Source: Myxococcales bacterium | GTDB taxonomy: Bacteria > Myxococcota_A > UBA9042 > JABWCM01 > BTVJ01 | DNA: 64,000 bases | Direction of reading: 5' to 3' | NCBI GenBank assembly: GCA_045863395.1 | Contig: BTVJ01000009.1 | Location: forward strand, 1 to 64,000 | Shown: in pieces, positions 51,843 to 61,403 of the stretch | How positions within the stretch are numbered: the first letter of the stretch is position 1 | Layout of the letters: each line of letters starts with the position of its first letter | Position numbers and translations under genes: made by a program | Notes under the pieces: generated by a model | What the model was told of the DNA's origin: nothing | The model's input: the letters and a program-made list of their open reading frames with translations, nothing else | Databases searched by the model: none

Positions 51843-53981
51843 GTGAGCTGGTCCAGCACTCTCCTATTGGAGCGCGCCGTCGCCCTCCCCTCTCGCCCCC
51901 TGTCGTGGAGGCTCTTCGTGGTCGCCCTGGCGGCCGTTCCCCACCTCGCGTGTCCCGGCGTGCCCGGGGAGTCGGCGACCGTGGAAGACGCGGCGCCCGG
52001 GGGCGACCCGGTCGCGGCGGGCGGCCCGGACGCGGCCGCCGGCGGGGCTCCCGACGCCCTCGGTGGATCACCCGACGGCGGCCCAGGGGGCGCCCCGGAC
52101 GCAGCCGCGCTCGGTGCCGGGTGTGACGGCCTCGCCTGCCCGCCTGGTGCCGCGTGCATCGGAGGTTTCTGCGCTCCGGCTGATGAGCCACCGTGCCTCG
52201 GCGGCGCCACCAACGCGCTGGTCCCGGCGTTCGCCCGCCAGTCGCGGGACGTGCTGCTCCACCGGGGCCACGCGTGGGTCGCGACCGCGCTTGGCCTGGA
52301 GGTGTACGACGGCTCCGGGACCGTCGCCCCAGTCTCACCCGTTGCGTGGGTGGCTACCCCCGGGGCCGCCCGCGGCCTCGCTCTGGACGGGGACCGCCTG
52401 GCCGTCGCCCACGCCGCGGGGGTGACGCTCTTCGACGCCACCGTGCCACAGGAGCCGGCGGTCCTCTGGACGGTCGCCACGCCGCCGGCGTCCGGGGTGG
52501 CGCTCGCTGGGTCGCTGCTCCTCGTCGCCACCGAGGGCGGTCTGGTCGTCGTTGACGCCGCCAACACCGTCGTCGCCACGCTGCCCCTGCCAGGCGACGG
52601 CCGCTCCGTGGTCTCGCGCGGCACCATCGCCTGGGTCGCCGCCGGCGCGGCAGGGCTCGCCGTCGTCGACGTGACCACCCCGGAGGCCCCCGCCATCCTC
52701 GCCACCCTGGACACCGGCGGAGACGCCGTCGCGGTGGCGGCATCTGGCGACCTGATGCTCGTCGCGGCCACCTACGGCGGTCTGCGCCTGTTCGACGTAA
52801 GCGCGCCGTCGTCACCGGTACCGCTCGGCTTCTGGGTCTCTCCTGGCAACGGGCTCGTGGCCCGCGACGTGGTCCTGGGTGCGGACGGGCTCGCCTACGT
52901 GGCAGCGTCCTACTTCCACTCGCTGCAGATCCTCGACGTGTCCGACCCATCGGCGCCAGTCCCCATCGGCACCGTCGACACCGCCAGCGGCGCGGACGGC
53001 ATCGCCATCGCCGGTGACCTCGTGTGGCTGGCCGCGGGGGGCATCGAGCGCGTCGATGTATCCGACCCCGCCGCCCCGGTCGTCCTCGAAGGGGCGCCGC
53101 CCGCGCTCTCGGGACAGTTCGCCTCCGCGGCCGGCGACGGATCCAGGGTCGCCGTCGCCGGCACCGCGGGGCTGCTGCTGCTCGACGCCCCAGCGGGCGA
53201 GCAGCCCACGGTCATCGCGACGCTCCCGACGGAGCACCCGGCGCTCGCCGTGGACCTGGCGGGGAACGTCGCGTGGGTCGCCCTGGATCTGACCTACCCG
53301 TTCGTGCTCGCGGGCAGCCTCGTCGCCGTGGACGTCTCCAACCCTGGCGCGCCGCCCCCGCTCGGGACCGTAAAGCTCCAGGGTCGGCCGGCGCGGGTCC
53401 GGGCCGCAGGCGACGTCGTCTACGTGACCGACGGCGCCCTGCACGCCGTGGACGCCGCGGACCCGGCCGCCCCGGTCATCGCCGCGACGATCCCGCTCGG
53501 CTCCGGGGCAGAGGGGCTCGCCCACGACGGGGACCTGCTGCTCGTGGCCCGGCGCTATCACGGAGTCCACGTCTTCGACGTGTCGGAGCGGCTCGCCCCG
53601 GCGCTCCGCGCCGAGATCGCAACGCCAGGAAGCGCCCTCGACGTGGCGCTCCAGGGCACCGTGGCCTGCATCGCCGACGGCATCGGCGGCTTGCGCGTCC
53701 TCGACCTGGCCGATCCGGCCACGCCCATCGAGGTCGCCGTCGTCGATCTGCCGACCTCCGCGTCGAGCGTCGCCCTCGACGGCCCGACCGCCTGGCTCGT
53801 CGCCGGCGCGGACGTCCGGGCCTTCGACCTCCAGGACCCGCGCCGCCCTACGCCGATCCTGACGACCCCGACCGTCACCGGCGCGCCTGCGGCGCTGGTC
53901 GCGGTGCCCGGCGGCGCCCTCCTGACCGAGCTCGATCTGCCCGTGAGCCGCTTCACCCTGACCTGCGAGGCACTGCCATGA
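51843..53981 (+). CDS. LVIVD-repeat (beta-propeller) secreted/lipoprotein
   Basis: Many A.VA.G..GL.VVDVSDP..P repeats; N-terminal hydrophobic stretch plus Cys. Start uncertain. Confidence 0.85.
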   Translation: MSWSSTLLLERAVALPSRPLSWRLFVVALAAVPHLACPGVPGESATVEDAAPGGDPVAAGGPDAAAGGAPDALGGSPDGGPGGAPDAAALGAGCDGLACPPGAACIGGFCAPADEPPCLGGATNALVPAFARQSRDVLLHRGHAWVATALGLEVYDGSGTVAPVSPVAWVATPGAARGLALDGDRLAVAHAAGVTLFDATVPQEPAVLWTVATPPASGVALAGSLLLVATEGGLVVVDAANTVVATLPLPGDGRSVVSRGTIAWVAAGAAGLAVVDVTTPEAPAILATLDTGGDAVAVAASGDLMLVAATYGGLRLFDVSAPSSPVPLGFWVSPGNGLVARDVVLGADGLAYVAASYFHSLQILDVSDPSAPVPIGTVDTASGADGIAIAGDLVWLAAGGIERVDVSDPAAPVVLEGAPPALSGQFASAAGDGSRVAVAGTAGLLLLDAPAGEQPTVIATLPTEHPALAVDLAGNVAWVALDLTYPFVLAGSLVAVDVSNPGAPPPLGTVKLQGRPARVRAAGDVVYVTDGALHAVDAADPAAPVIAATIPLGSGAEGLAHDGDLLLVARRYHGVHVFDVSERLAPALRAEIATPGSALDVALQGTVACIADGIGGLRVLDLADPATPIEVAVVDLPTSASSVALDGPTAWLVAGADVRAFDLQDPRRPTPILTTPTVTGAPAALVAVPGGALLTELDLPVSRFTLTCEALP

Positions 53982-56464
53982 GACCAGCACCGTTCGTCCT
54001 CGCCCTCCTCGTGGTGGCTTGCGCCCCTCCGGCGGAGACCACCAGCCTCGGGCCCGCCGAGACCTCCGGGTCGAGCACGGGCGCAGGCCCCGTCTCCTGG
54101 GTGAACCTGGTCGCGGGCCCGGCCAGCCTCGACGTGGTCGGCACCGCCCTCGTGGCCACGGTGCCCTTCGCGCAGGGGACGCCGCCGCTCGAGGCCCCGG
54201 ACGGCCCCGTGACGTGGGCGCTGCCCGGCGGGGAGGCGCTCCTGACCGCCGCCCCGGCAGGCCCCTCGACCGTCATCGCGTGCGGCACCACCACCGACCC
54301 TGCGGTCGTCGTGGTCCCGGCCCTCCCCACCGGCGCCCGCCGTATCCGCGTCGTGCACGCCGCGGCGGGCGTGGGCCCCATCGCCGCGTTCCTACGCCAA
54401 GGCGGGCCGACGGTCCCCCTCGGGGCGCCGACCTTCGGCCAGCGCACGCAGGCGTTCGACGTCACTGGGCCCATGGCGGAGCTGACGCTCGTTCGAGACG
54501 GGGGCGCTGTCGTCATGACGCTCCCGCCGCAGGAGCCCGGACACGCCGTGGACGCCATCGCGGCGCTGACCCCGGAAGGAGCGCTCTTCGTGCTGCTCCA
54601 GCGCGACGACGGGCTGACGCTCCAGGCGGGCGCCCAGACCCACGTCGCCCGGTGGCGCCTTGCTAACATGACGGGCCACCCGCTCGACGCCACGCTGGAG
54701 GAGGCGACCATCGCGGGGGTCCCCCCACGCGACCAGAGTCCCCTCGTGACCCTGTGGCCGGGGACGAAGTCGGTCACCCTGGTCGCCGAGACGGGTGAGG
54801 CCGCTGAGCTCCCCCCGTTCCCCCTCGCCACCGGGTCCCTCGTGACCACCTTCGTCTTCCCCGACGGCCCCGCAGGCCCCGTCGCGCCGCTGACCCTCGC
54901 CGCCCTCGACGGCGACGTCGACGCCAGCATGACCCGGCTCCGGTTCGTCCACGGGGCCCCGGAGCTCGGGACCGTCACGTTCGGCCACGGGGGCAACGGG
55001 AGTGGTGGGGGGGCGCCGCCGGGCTCGCTGCCGCTCGCACCCGGAGAGGTGAGCGCCCCGGTGGTGCGGCCGTCGGGACAGGTGGACATCTCCGTCACCG
55101 CGGGCGGCGCCCTCGACCGGACCTACGCCGCGACGTACCTCCCGACCGACGACGTGACGCTGATCCTCGGCACCGACGCGGCGGGGCTGCCGCGCCTCGG
55201 CATGCAGACGAGCGCGGACACGCCGATCTGGTGGCGGTACGCGGACGAGGATCTGAGCCGGATCCGGGTCCTCAACCTGACCTCGCGCTTCCTGACCGCG
55301 GACATCCCCACGTGGTTCAAGCAGGACCCGCAGAACCTCTTCCCTCGCTCGGGGACGAGCGCCTATCAGATCGTCGCCGGTCCGGCGACGGTGACGGCGA
55401 CCGACCCGAAGACCGCCGAGACGTGGTCCTGGGAGGGGGAGGTAGAGGCGGGGCGTCACCTGACGCTCGCGCTGTGGGAGGACGGCGGGAAGCCGCGGGT
55501 GACGCTCACCGACGACACGCCGACGCCGGAGCTGGGCGTGCGGCTCGTCAACGTGGCGCCCGGACTCGGCCCGGTGGGGGCCACCTGGGAGGCGCCCGGG
55601 GGCCAGGCGACGCCCCTCGGAGTGGTGGAGCCCGGGGCAGGCACAGAGGTCGCGACCGCGGGCTTCGTCAACGGCCTGGGGGGTGCGTTGCGGCTGGACA
55701 CGGATCAGGACGGCGCCGCGGACCTGACGTTCCTCCTGAGCTACCCGGCCTACACGACCCTCACGAACGCCTGGCTCTTCGACGACCCCGCGTGGCCGAC
55801 GATCCTCCTGCAGAGCGAGTCGAGCGAGATCCAGCTCGTCAACCCGGAGGAGCTCCACGCGCGCCTGCGCGTGGTGTACCTGCCAACAGGCGCGTCGCAG
55901 CTCGCCGTCATGCTGGACGGTGAGCCGATCACCAAGGTCAACTCGAAGCCGAGCTTCGGGGCCGGCCCCAAGGCCTTCTACGGTGTCGGCGAGGCCATCG
56001 CCCTGCCCGTGGGGGATCATGAGCTCACCCTCAGCACGGGCAGCCACGAGGCGAGCCTGTCCGTGACGCTGGAAGGGGCTTCCCGCTACACCCTCGCCGT
56101 CACCGGGGCTGGCGGGCTCGTGCCCACCTTGCTCGACGACGCGCCGGGAGGCCCGACCGTCGCGGTCTTCCACGGGGCTCCAGGGGCGGGGCCGGCGACG
56201 GTGGAGGCGCTCGGCCCGGGCGGGACGGTGGTGGTCGCCTACGCGCTCCCGCCGGGCGCGGCGACCGACGCCGTATCGCTGCCCTGGACCCCAACGGGCT
56301 TCACCCTGGACCGGGACGGGGACGGCACCCCCGACTGGCTGGCCAAACAGCCCGGCGACCCCGCCTTCGCGCGGGTGTTCGTGACAGGGCCGACCGAGTC
56401 GCCGATGCTCCTCGTCGTGCGCGACACGGGGTGGCCCGTCCTGCTCGGCGATGCCCTCGACTGA
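53978..56464 (+). CDS. DUF4397-repeat lipoprotein
   Basis: ATGA coupling; lipobox VVAC; repeated R.R.VH..P/RxxN beta-sandwich units. Confidence 0.75.
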   Translation: MRPAPFVLALLVVACAPPAETTSLGPAETSGSSTGAGPVSWVNLVAGPASLDVVGTALVATVPFAQGTPPLEAPDGPVTWALPGGEALLTAAPAGPSTVIACGTTTDPAVVVVPALPTGARRIRVVHAAAGVGPIAAFLRQGGPTVPLGAPTFGQRTQAFDVTGPMAELTLVRDGGAVVMTLPPQEPGHAVDAIAALTPEGALFVLLQRDDGLTLQAGAQTHVARWRLANMTGHPLDATLEEATIAGVPPRDQSPLVTLWPGTKSVTLVAETGEAAELPPFPLATGSLVTTFVFPDGPAGPVAPLTLAALDGDVDASMTRLRFVHGAPELGTVTFGHGGNGSGGGAPPGSLPLAPGEVSAPVVRPSGQVDISVTAGGALDRTYAATYLPTDDVTLILGTDAAGLPRLGMQTSADTPIWWRYADEDLSRIRVLNLTSRFLTADIPTWFKQDPQNLFPRSGTSAYQIVAGPATVTATDPKTAETWSWEGEVEAGRHLTLALWEDGGKPRVTLTDDTPTPELGVRLVNVAPGLGPVGATWEAPGGQATPLGVVEPGAGTEVATAGFVNGLGGALRLDTDQDGAADLTFLLSYPAYTTLTNAWLFDDPAWPTILLQSESSEIQLVNPEELHARLRVVYLPTGASQLAVMLDGEPITKVNSKPSFGAGPKAFYGVGEAIALPVGDHELTLSTGSHEASLSVTLEGASRYTLAVTGAGGLVPTLLDDAPGGPTVAVFHGAPGAGPATVEALGPGGTVVVAYALPPGAATDAVSLPWTPTGFTLDRDGDGTPDWLAKQPGDPAFARVFVTGPTESPMLLVVRDTGWPVLLGDALD

Positions 56465-56599
56465 GGCGGATCGAGTCGGCAGGATGGCGTCCCGGGGGAT
56501 GTGGAGCTGCGGCTCGGGGCCCGCGAGCGCCCAGGCGCCCGGAGACCCTCAGGATGGGGCGCCGGTGGCACGTCGCCACCTGCCCGCCAGACCCACCTT

Positions 56600-57163
56600 T
56601 CACTCCAGGCGAAGCTCCACCCGGTTGTTCTGCGAGGCCGCCTCGTTCCACTGCCCCGCGGTGGCCGCGTCGACCTCCGGATAGGAGACGCGCGGGCGCT
56701 CCTGACCGTAGGAGATGCTCTTCACCCGCACCTTCCCGCCCGTCGCCTCCGTGACGAGCTGCGCGAGCGAGCGCGCCATCCTCTCCCCGAGCGCCAGCGC
56801 GTACTCTTCGGTCATGAAGCTGCACTTCCGGGCGTGGAGCTCGTCTGGAGCCAGCGCGGGCCCGCGCTTCCCCGCGCGCGTGCAGAAGTTCCCCGTGTGA
56901 CCGGTGGCGATCACCTGCGTGACTCCGAGCTGCGGGAGCGTTCGGGCGAGCGTCCGTACAGTCTGGTCGCGGTCTCCATGCAGCCGCGACTCGTCGAAGG
57001 CGACTCCGCCCAGGTCGTTGATCAGGGTGATCACCATCTGAGCCATGCTGGCCTTGCACTCTGCGCTGCACTCGGCCAGCTCCGGCGGTGAGGGCTCGTC
57101 CGCTGCCGTGACCTGCGAGGTTGCGGCCAGAAGCACGAGGACGGTCGCCAAACCAATCTTCAT
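56600..57163 (-). CDS. Secreted OmpA/Pal-like domain protein (degenerate)
   Basis: Signal peptide; GHT, ALGER, SYGQERP, NNRVE. Confidence 0.75.
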   Translation of the reverse strand: MKIGLATVLVLLAATSQVTAADEPSPPELAECSAECKASMAQMVITLINDLGGVAFDESRLHGDRDQTVRTLARTLPQLGVTQVIATGHTGNFCTRAGKRGPALAPDELHARKCSFMTEEYALALGERMARSLAQLVTEATGGKVRVKSISYGQERPRVSYPEVDAATAGQWNEAASQNNRVELRLE

Positions 57164-57349
57164 GGTTCACTCCCGATGACGATGCCGTCACGCATGGCGC
57201 CTCCACAGAGCCCAAGGGAGCCGGGGCCATCCATGCGGCCCGTGAGACCGAGGGCGCGGCCCTGCGCCCGCCCGGGCATTCTGCCACGTCTCGGCGGGCT
57301 GCGCACTCCCCTGAAGCGGTGCGGAGCAACTCACCCGCCCCCTCGACCG

Positions 57350-57790
57350 GGCGCTCGACCCCCGACCGGTCGTCGCGCACCCTGTCGGCCGCCGCCCTGT
57401 TCAGCAATCTCCTCGCTACCCAGTGATAGTGCGCCGCCATGGCGGACGGGTCCGTCGGGTCGCTGGTCGCCATCGTCCTCACGTCGTAGCCCCGGCCCTC
57501 GAGCGCCGTGCGGATCCACGTGTCCAGCCTGCCCTTCTCCGGGTCACCGTGGAGCTGGTGGCTCATGCCGTCGAGGTAGATGCAGAGGGCGTCCGAGCGG
57601 CCGGTCGGGTCTTCGCAAAAGACGTCCGGCACCGTGACACCCACGGGACGCCCCAGGTCGATGCACCGGTGAATCTCATGGCCCGAGAGAGCGGCTCGCC
57701 GCAGCATGGCCTGAAAGATCGGCTCTCCCGGAGTGTCCAGGTCGCCCGAACGCGCTGCAGACGGCAGGCGCGGGACCGAGTGCGTCAGCG
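57350..57790 (-). pseudogene. Probable C-terminal remnant of a large DEAD/DEAH helicase-associated PD-(D/E)XK/Vsr-like nuclease domain
   Basis: TVPDVF.ED...CIYLDGMS..LHG...D..IR..LE..GY.V pattern; no helicase core or start upstream. Family recognised from memory; boundaries approximate. Confidence 0.5.
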
Positions 57791-57814
57791 CGATGGCCCC
57801 TCCCTGCGACACGG

Positions 57815-58461
57815 TGTCTGTCGGCACCCTGACCCGCGTCACCTACGGCGACCACGTGACCACCGCGTTCGGGATGAGCCCCGGGCTCGACGGTCACGCG
57901 GCGGGTCTCGGCACGATGAGCGACGGCATGTTCGAGAAGTACATCAGTCTGATTCGGCACCAGCGGTCTCTCGCCGCAATCCGGGCGGAGGTCGCCATCT
58001 GCGAGGTGGCGGTGGAGTCGACCATCCGCAGGTGCTGGAACGACGCCAAGAGCGCCGACGGCGGGAAGCCGGGCGCCATCACGAAGGAGCTGTTCCCGGA
58101 CGGTGTCTCACCGGAGATCGGCGCGAAGGGGACCGGGCAAGGCGCGCAGACGACCAGCCTCATCGAGCGCCTGGGCCGTGCGACTCTCTCCGGCGCCAAG
58201 GCGGTGGCCGCCACGTGGACCGCTCCGCTGACCGAAGCGCACGGGAAGCTCGCCGACACCCTGGGCCGGCGCACGACCGCGGAGAAGGCCGAGGCCGCGC
58301 TCTACGCCGACCTGGACGCGGCGGGCCGAGAGCACCGCCGCGAGGTGGACCGCCTGATGGGAGTCGCGCGGACCACGTTCCCGCAGGAGCCCGACCGCCA
58401 GAATGCGCTGTTCCCGCGGCCGGTGCGCCGCAAGAAGAAGGCCGGCGGCGAGACGATTTGA
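57815..58461 (+). CDS. Helical hypothetical protein, probably 5'-truncated
   Basis: Good codon usage (DGG.PG.I...LFPDG ... FP...RKKK); no clear start or RBS. 5' boundary approximate. Confidence 0.55.
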
Positions 58462-58564
58462 CGCGATTGCCCTGCGCGTCCCTCCGGGGCGCGATCCTGG
58501 TCGAGCTGACCGCGATCCTGCGCCCCGGTCCAGTCGAGGGACGCCATGCCGCCGGAGCATCCGG

Positions 58565-58981
58565 CTACTCTGGCGCGATGATTCGCAGCTCCGGGAAGTA
58601 CGTCCTGAAACGACTCGAATCCCGCGTCAGGAGTGGGATCTCGGCGACTGCCGCGTGGGCTCCTATATAGAAGTCGAGCAGGGGAGCCGTTCGGGACCCG
58701 CCGCGGCGCCGATATGTCGCGAACGCCTGACCGGCGAGGAAAGCGGCACGCCACGGGAGCGCCAGGCGCCGGTAGATCGAGCGCGGCAGGGCGGCCTCCG
58801 TCTGCTCGATGGTCGTAAAGCCCACCGACACCTCGGCGAAGATCAGTGGATTGATGGCCGCGCGCCCTGACTCCACCACCTGGACCAATTGGTCCGCGGA
58901 CCACTCGAAGTGGGCGGGGTCGCCCGTGATCACGTCGATGAGCACGTTGCTGTCGATGAGGACGTGGTCAATCGCGGCCAC
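58565..58981 (-). CDS. vapC: VapC-family PIN-domain toxin
   Basis: LIDSNVLID, IFAEVS, DFYIGAHA, LLTRD..RFRTYFP. Confidence 0.92.
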   Translation of the reverse strand: MAAIDHVLIDSNVLIDVITGDPAHFEWSADQLVQVVESGRAAINPLIFAEVSVGFTTIEQTEAALPRSIYRRLALPWRAAFLAGQAFATYRRRGGSRTAPLLDFYIGAHAAVAEIPLLTRDSSRFRTYFPELRIIAPE

Positions 58982-59201
58982 GGGTAAGCTCCATGACCTC
59001 GTCGGCCGTCGGTCCGGTCCACGCCAGGCGGCCGAGCTCCCTCAGGCGGCTGACGGCGTCCCGGCCTTGGGACGGAGCAACGATGCGCAGCAACACGCCC
59101 TCCGCGCACAGCTCGAACTCCAGCTCGGTCTCGGGGTCGATACCGAGCTGGTCGCGGATCGGCTTCGGGATGGTCACCTGGCCCTTGGATGTGACGCGCA
59201 C
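58968..59201 (-). CDS. vapB: AbrB/MazE/SpoVT-family antitoxin
   Basis: VTSKGQVTIPK.IR..LG...DEVMELTRG; overlaps the vapC start. Confidence 0.9.
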   Translation of the reverse strand: MRVTSKGQVTIPKPIRDQLGIDPETELEFELCAEGVLLRIVAPSQGRDAVSRLRELGRLAWTGPTADEVMELTRGRD

Positions 59202-59342
59202 GGTGTGCCCCTGGTGCGAAGTCTTACCTGATGGCATTACCTCGCTCGTGCGGGTGTCAACTGCGCCGTGCCGCGCGACGGCGAGTGGGCCGCCGAGCCC
59301 GGCGCGGACCAACTGGACGGAGCACCTGCCGACCGAGCCCGG

Positions 59343-59657
59343 CCATGCCCTCGGCGAGGCCCCCCCGGATCGGCAAGATGGCGCCATGTGGAGCCGCTCG
59401 GAGAGCCCCGTCATGATTGGGCGTCGTCGCCGTGAGGCAGGCGACGCGCGGACCGGTGGCGGCGCTGCACCGGGCACTGGACGGGAACCCGCTGGCCATC
59501 GAGCTCGCCACCGCACGCCTCGACGTCCTCAGGCTCGACGGCCTGCTGGAGGGGGGCCTCCTCGACCTGGGCGGGGGGCTGCCCGACCGGCAGCGCACGG
59601 TGCGGCGCACCCTGAAGTCGTCCTGGGACCTGCTCGGCGACCCGGAGCGGAGCGCGC
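59343..59657 (+). pseudogene. Degenerate, internally deleted duplicate of the downstream lipoprotein/ATPase operon
   Basis: 59343-59415 matches 60776-60848; 59427-59657 matches 61923-62156 (about 21 substitutions and one 3-bp indel, counted by eye). Confidence 0.85.
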
Positions 59658-59676
59658 GGGGTGTGGCGGGCCCGTC

Positions 59677-59937
59677 TCAGTCTGCGAAGACATCCTCGAT
59701 GGTGGGAGCGTCGAGGACCCGATCTCCCCAACGCTCCAGGAGCGGGCGGTCGGCCTCGAAGAGCCGCGCGGTCGCCCAGTCCGGGAGGGGGCCAAAGCGG
59801 CGCGCCAGCTGCCGGCGCAGCAGCGCGAGCTCGCCCTTCTCGATGCCCTTCTCGATGCCCTGCTCGATGCCCTGCTCGATGCCCTGCGCCATGCCCTTCT
59901 CGATGCCCAATCGCTCGATGCTGGTGACGTACTGCAC
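59677..59937 (-). CDS. Putative intragenic small protein (Rpn_S-like antitoxin, 86 aa), in frame with the Rpn-like gene
   Basis: GGAGGAG-AGGAGA-GTG: a strong SD formed with rare AGG/AGA codons just before an in-frame GTG that precedes the EKGI repeats. Confidence 0.55.
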   Translation of the reverse strand: MQYVTSIERLGIEKGMAQGIEQGIEQGIEKGIEKGELALLRRQLARRFGPLPDWATARLFEADRPLLERWGDRVLDAPTIEDVFAD

Positions 59938-60666
59938 TCTCCTCTCCTCCTCGAGACGCTCGATCTCGTCGCGAAACTTCGACTCCAGACCCGCGGGCAG
60001 CACCATGACCCAGTCTATGAACCGGAACAGGTGGAGCACGTCTTCCCGCGAGTAGCCCCGCGCGTACAGGCTTGCGGTCAGCTCGCGCTTCCAGTGGAAC
60101 CGCTGCTCTGGATCCTTGCGCGTCTCGATGGCGCGCAGGTGGGTGAGCGCCACCACCGCAAACGGATTGTCCGTCTCCTCCAGGGCGTCCAGCCGCTGCC
60201 GATAGTCGAGCAGCTTGACGGTCGGAAACCGGAGGCTCGCGCAGCTCCCCCACAGGTCGTACTCGAAGCGGTCGGGGCGCCAGCCGTCCCGGTCGTCCGC
60301 CAGGATCGCCAGGCTGGCCACCGGGCGGTCGTACCGGTCGAACAGCCGGTAGTTGTACGTGTACATGCGCTTCGCAAACTCGCTCTCCGGGTCGGACTGC
60401 ACCTCCACGTGGATGAGCACCCACGTCTCCTGCCCCGTGAGGCGGAATACGCGGACCAGCTTGTCGGCGTACCGGCGGCCCAGCTCCGCATCGCGCACCA
60501 CCTGCTGAAGCTCCTTGTCGAGGAACTCGTGGGGCCGGCTCCAGTCGATCTCCGAGGCCGCTTCGGGAAAGAACTGCCCCATGAACTGCTCGAAGTACGC
60601 CTCGAGCATCTCCTTCCACGGGCTGTCGTAGTCGGCCGCTTCGCGTGAGGTCGCCGTGTCGGTCAT
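59677..60666 (-). CDS. Rpn/YhgA-like PD-(D/E)XK nuclease with DUF4351-like C-terminus
   Basis: YDSPWKE, FLDKEL, ADKLV, HVEVQ, RMY.YNYR, EKGI repeats, LLRRQL.RRFG. Confidence 0.88.
   Translation of the reverse strand: MTDTATSREAADYDSPWKEMLEAYFEQFMGQFFPEAASEIDWSRPHEFLDKELQQVVRDAELGRRYADKLVRVFRLTGQETWVLIHVEVQSDPESEFAKRMYTYNYRLFDRYDRPVASLAILADDRDGWRPDRFEYDLWGSCASLRFPTVKLLDYRQRLDALEETDNPFAVVALTHLRAIETRKDPEQRFHWKRELTASLYARGYSREDVLHLFRFIDWVMVLPAGLESKFRDEIERLEEERRVQYVTSIERLGIEKGMAQGIEQGIEQGIEKGIEKGELALLRRQLARRFGPLPDWATARLFEADRPLLERWGDRVLDAPTIEDVFAD
59833..59907 (-). repeat. 12-bp tandem repeat (about 6 units; GIEK/GIEQ)
   Basis: GGCATCGAG(A/C)AG units, with one variant unit GGCATGGCGCAG. Confidence 0.9.
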
Positions 60667-60818
60667 GGTGTGCGGCCTCCAGGCATGTGGGCACGTCGAG
60701 GATAGGGTCCCGCGCTCGGGGAGGTCAAGGAGCGCGTGCCGGTCGGGGTGCGCTGCCCGGCGTGGGGCTGCTCCGCCATGCCCTCGACGAGGACCGCCCG
60801 GATCGGCAAGATGGCGCC

Positions 60819-61403
60819 ATGTGGAGCCGCTCGAAGAGCCCCGTCATGGTCCGCCGTGGCCTCGCCGCGCTCGCGCTGGTCGCCGCGTGCGGCCCCCCCG
60901 CGCTGCCGCCCCTGGACAGGACCTGGGTCGGGCGCGTGGACGGGACGGACGTCGTCGTGGCGATCACGGTGGCGGGCGACGAGGCCCGCGCCTACCTGTG
61001 CGGCGGCGACACGACGCGCGCGACATGGACGCGCTGGCTCTCGGGCGACGCCGGCGAAGGCGAGGTCGCCACCACCGCGGGCGAGTGGACGGTGTCCGCC
61101 GCGCTCCTGGGGGCTGCTTCCCTTGGCGGGACGGTCTCGGGCCCGGAGGGGGTCAGGACCTTCAGCGCCACCGCCACGACCGGCGTCGGCGGCCTGTACC
61201 GCGGCCCCGAGCCCTGCCCCACCGGCCTCGTCGTGTGGATGACCGACACCGGACCCGCCGCCCAGGGCGCCTGGTGCGAGGGCGGCATCTACGGCCAGGT
61301 CGAGCCCGTCATGCCCATCGCAGTCACTTGGCAGGGGATTGGCGTCCACCGGGTGGGGGCGGCCGACGCCGCCCTGCTGTGGCTCACCCCCGTGACCCCG
61401 TGA
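60819..61403 (+). CDS. Hypothetical lipoprotein
   Basis: Lipobox VAAC; AYLCGG motif. The start could be 60846. Confidence 0.7.
   Translation: MWSRSKSPVMVRRGLAALALVAACGPPALPPLDRTWVGRVDGTDVVVAITVAGDEARAYLCGGDTTRATWTRWLSGDAGEGEVATTAGEWTVSAALLGAASLGGTVSGPEGVRTFSATATTGVGGLYRGPEPCPTGLVVWMTDTGPAAQGAWCEGGIYGQVEPVMPIAVTWQGIGVHRVGAADAALLWLTPVTP

Noticed and set aside
53024..53977. N-terminal extension of the DUF4397 ORF (and similar extensions on nuoI, nuoD and 60656-61399)
   Set aside because: Arg/Gly/Pro-rich off-frame translation of the upstream gene; the true starts are marked by RBSs, lipoboxes or stop/start overlaps.
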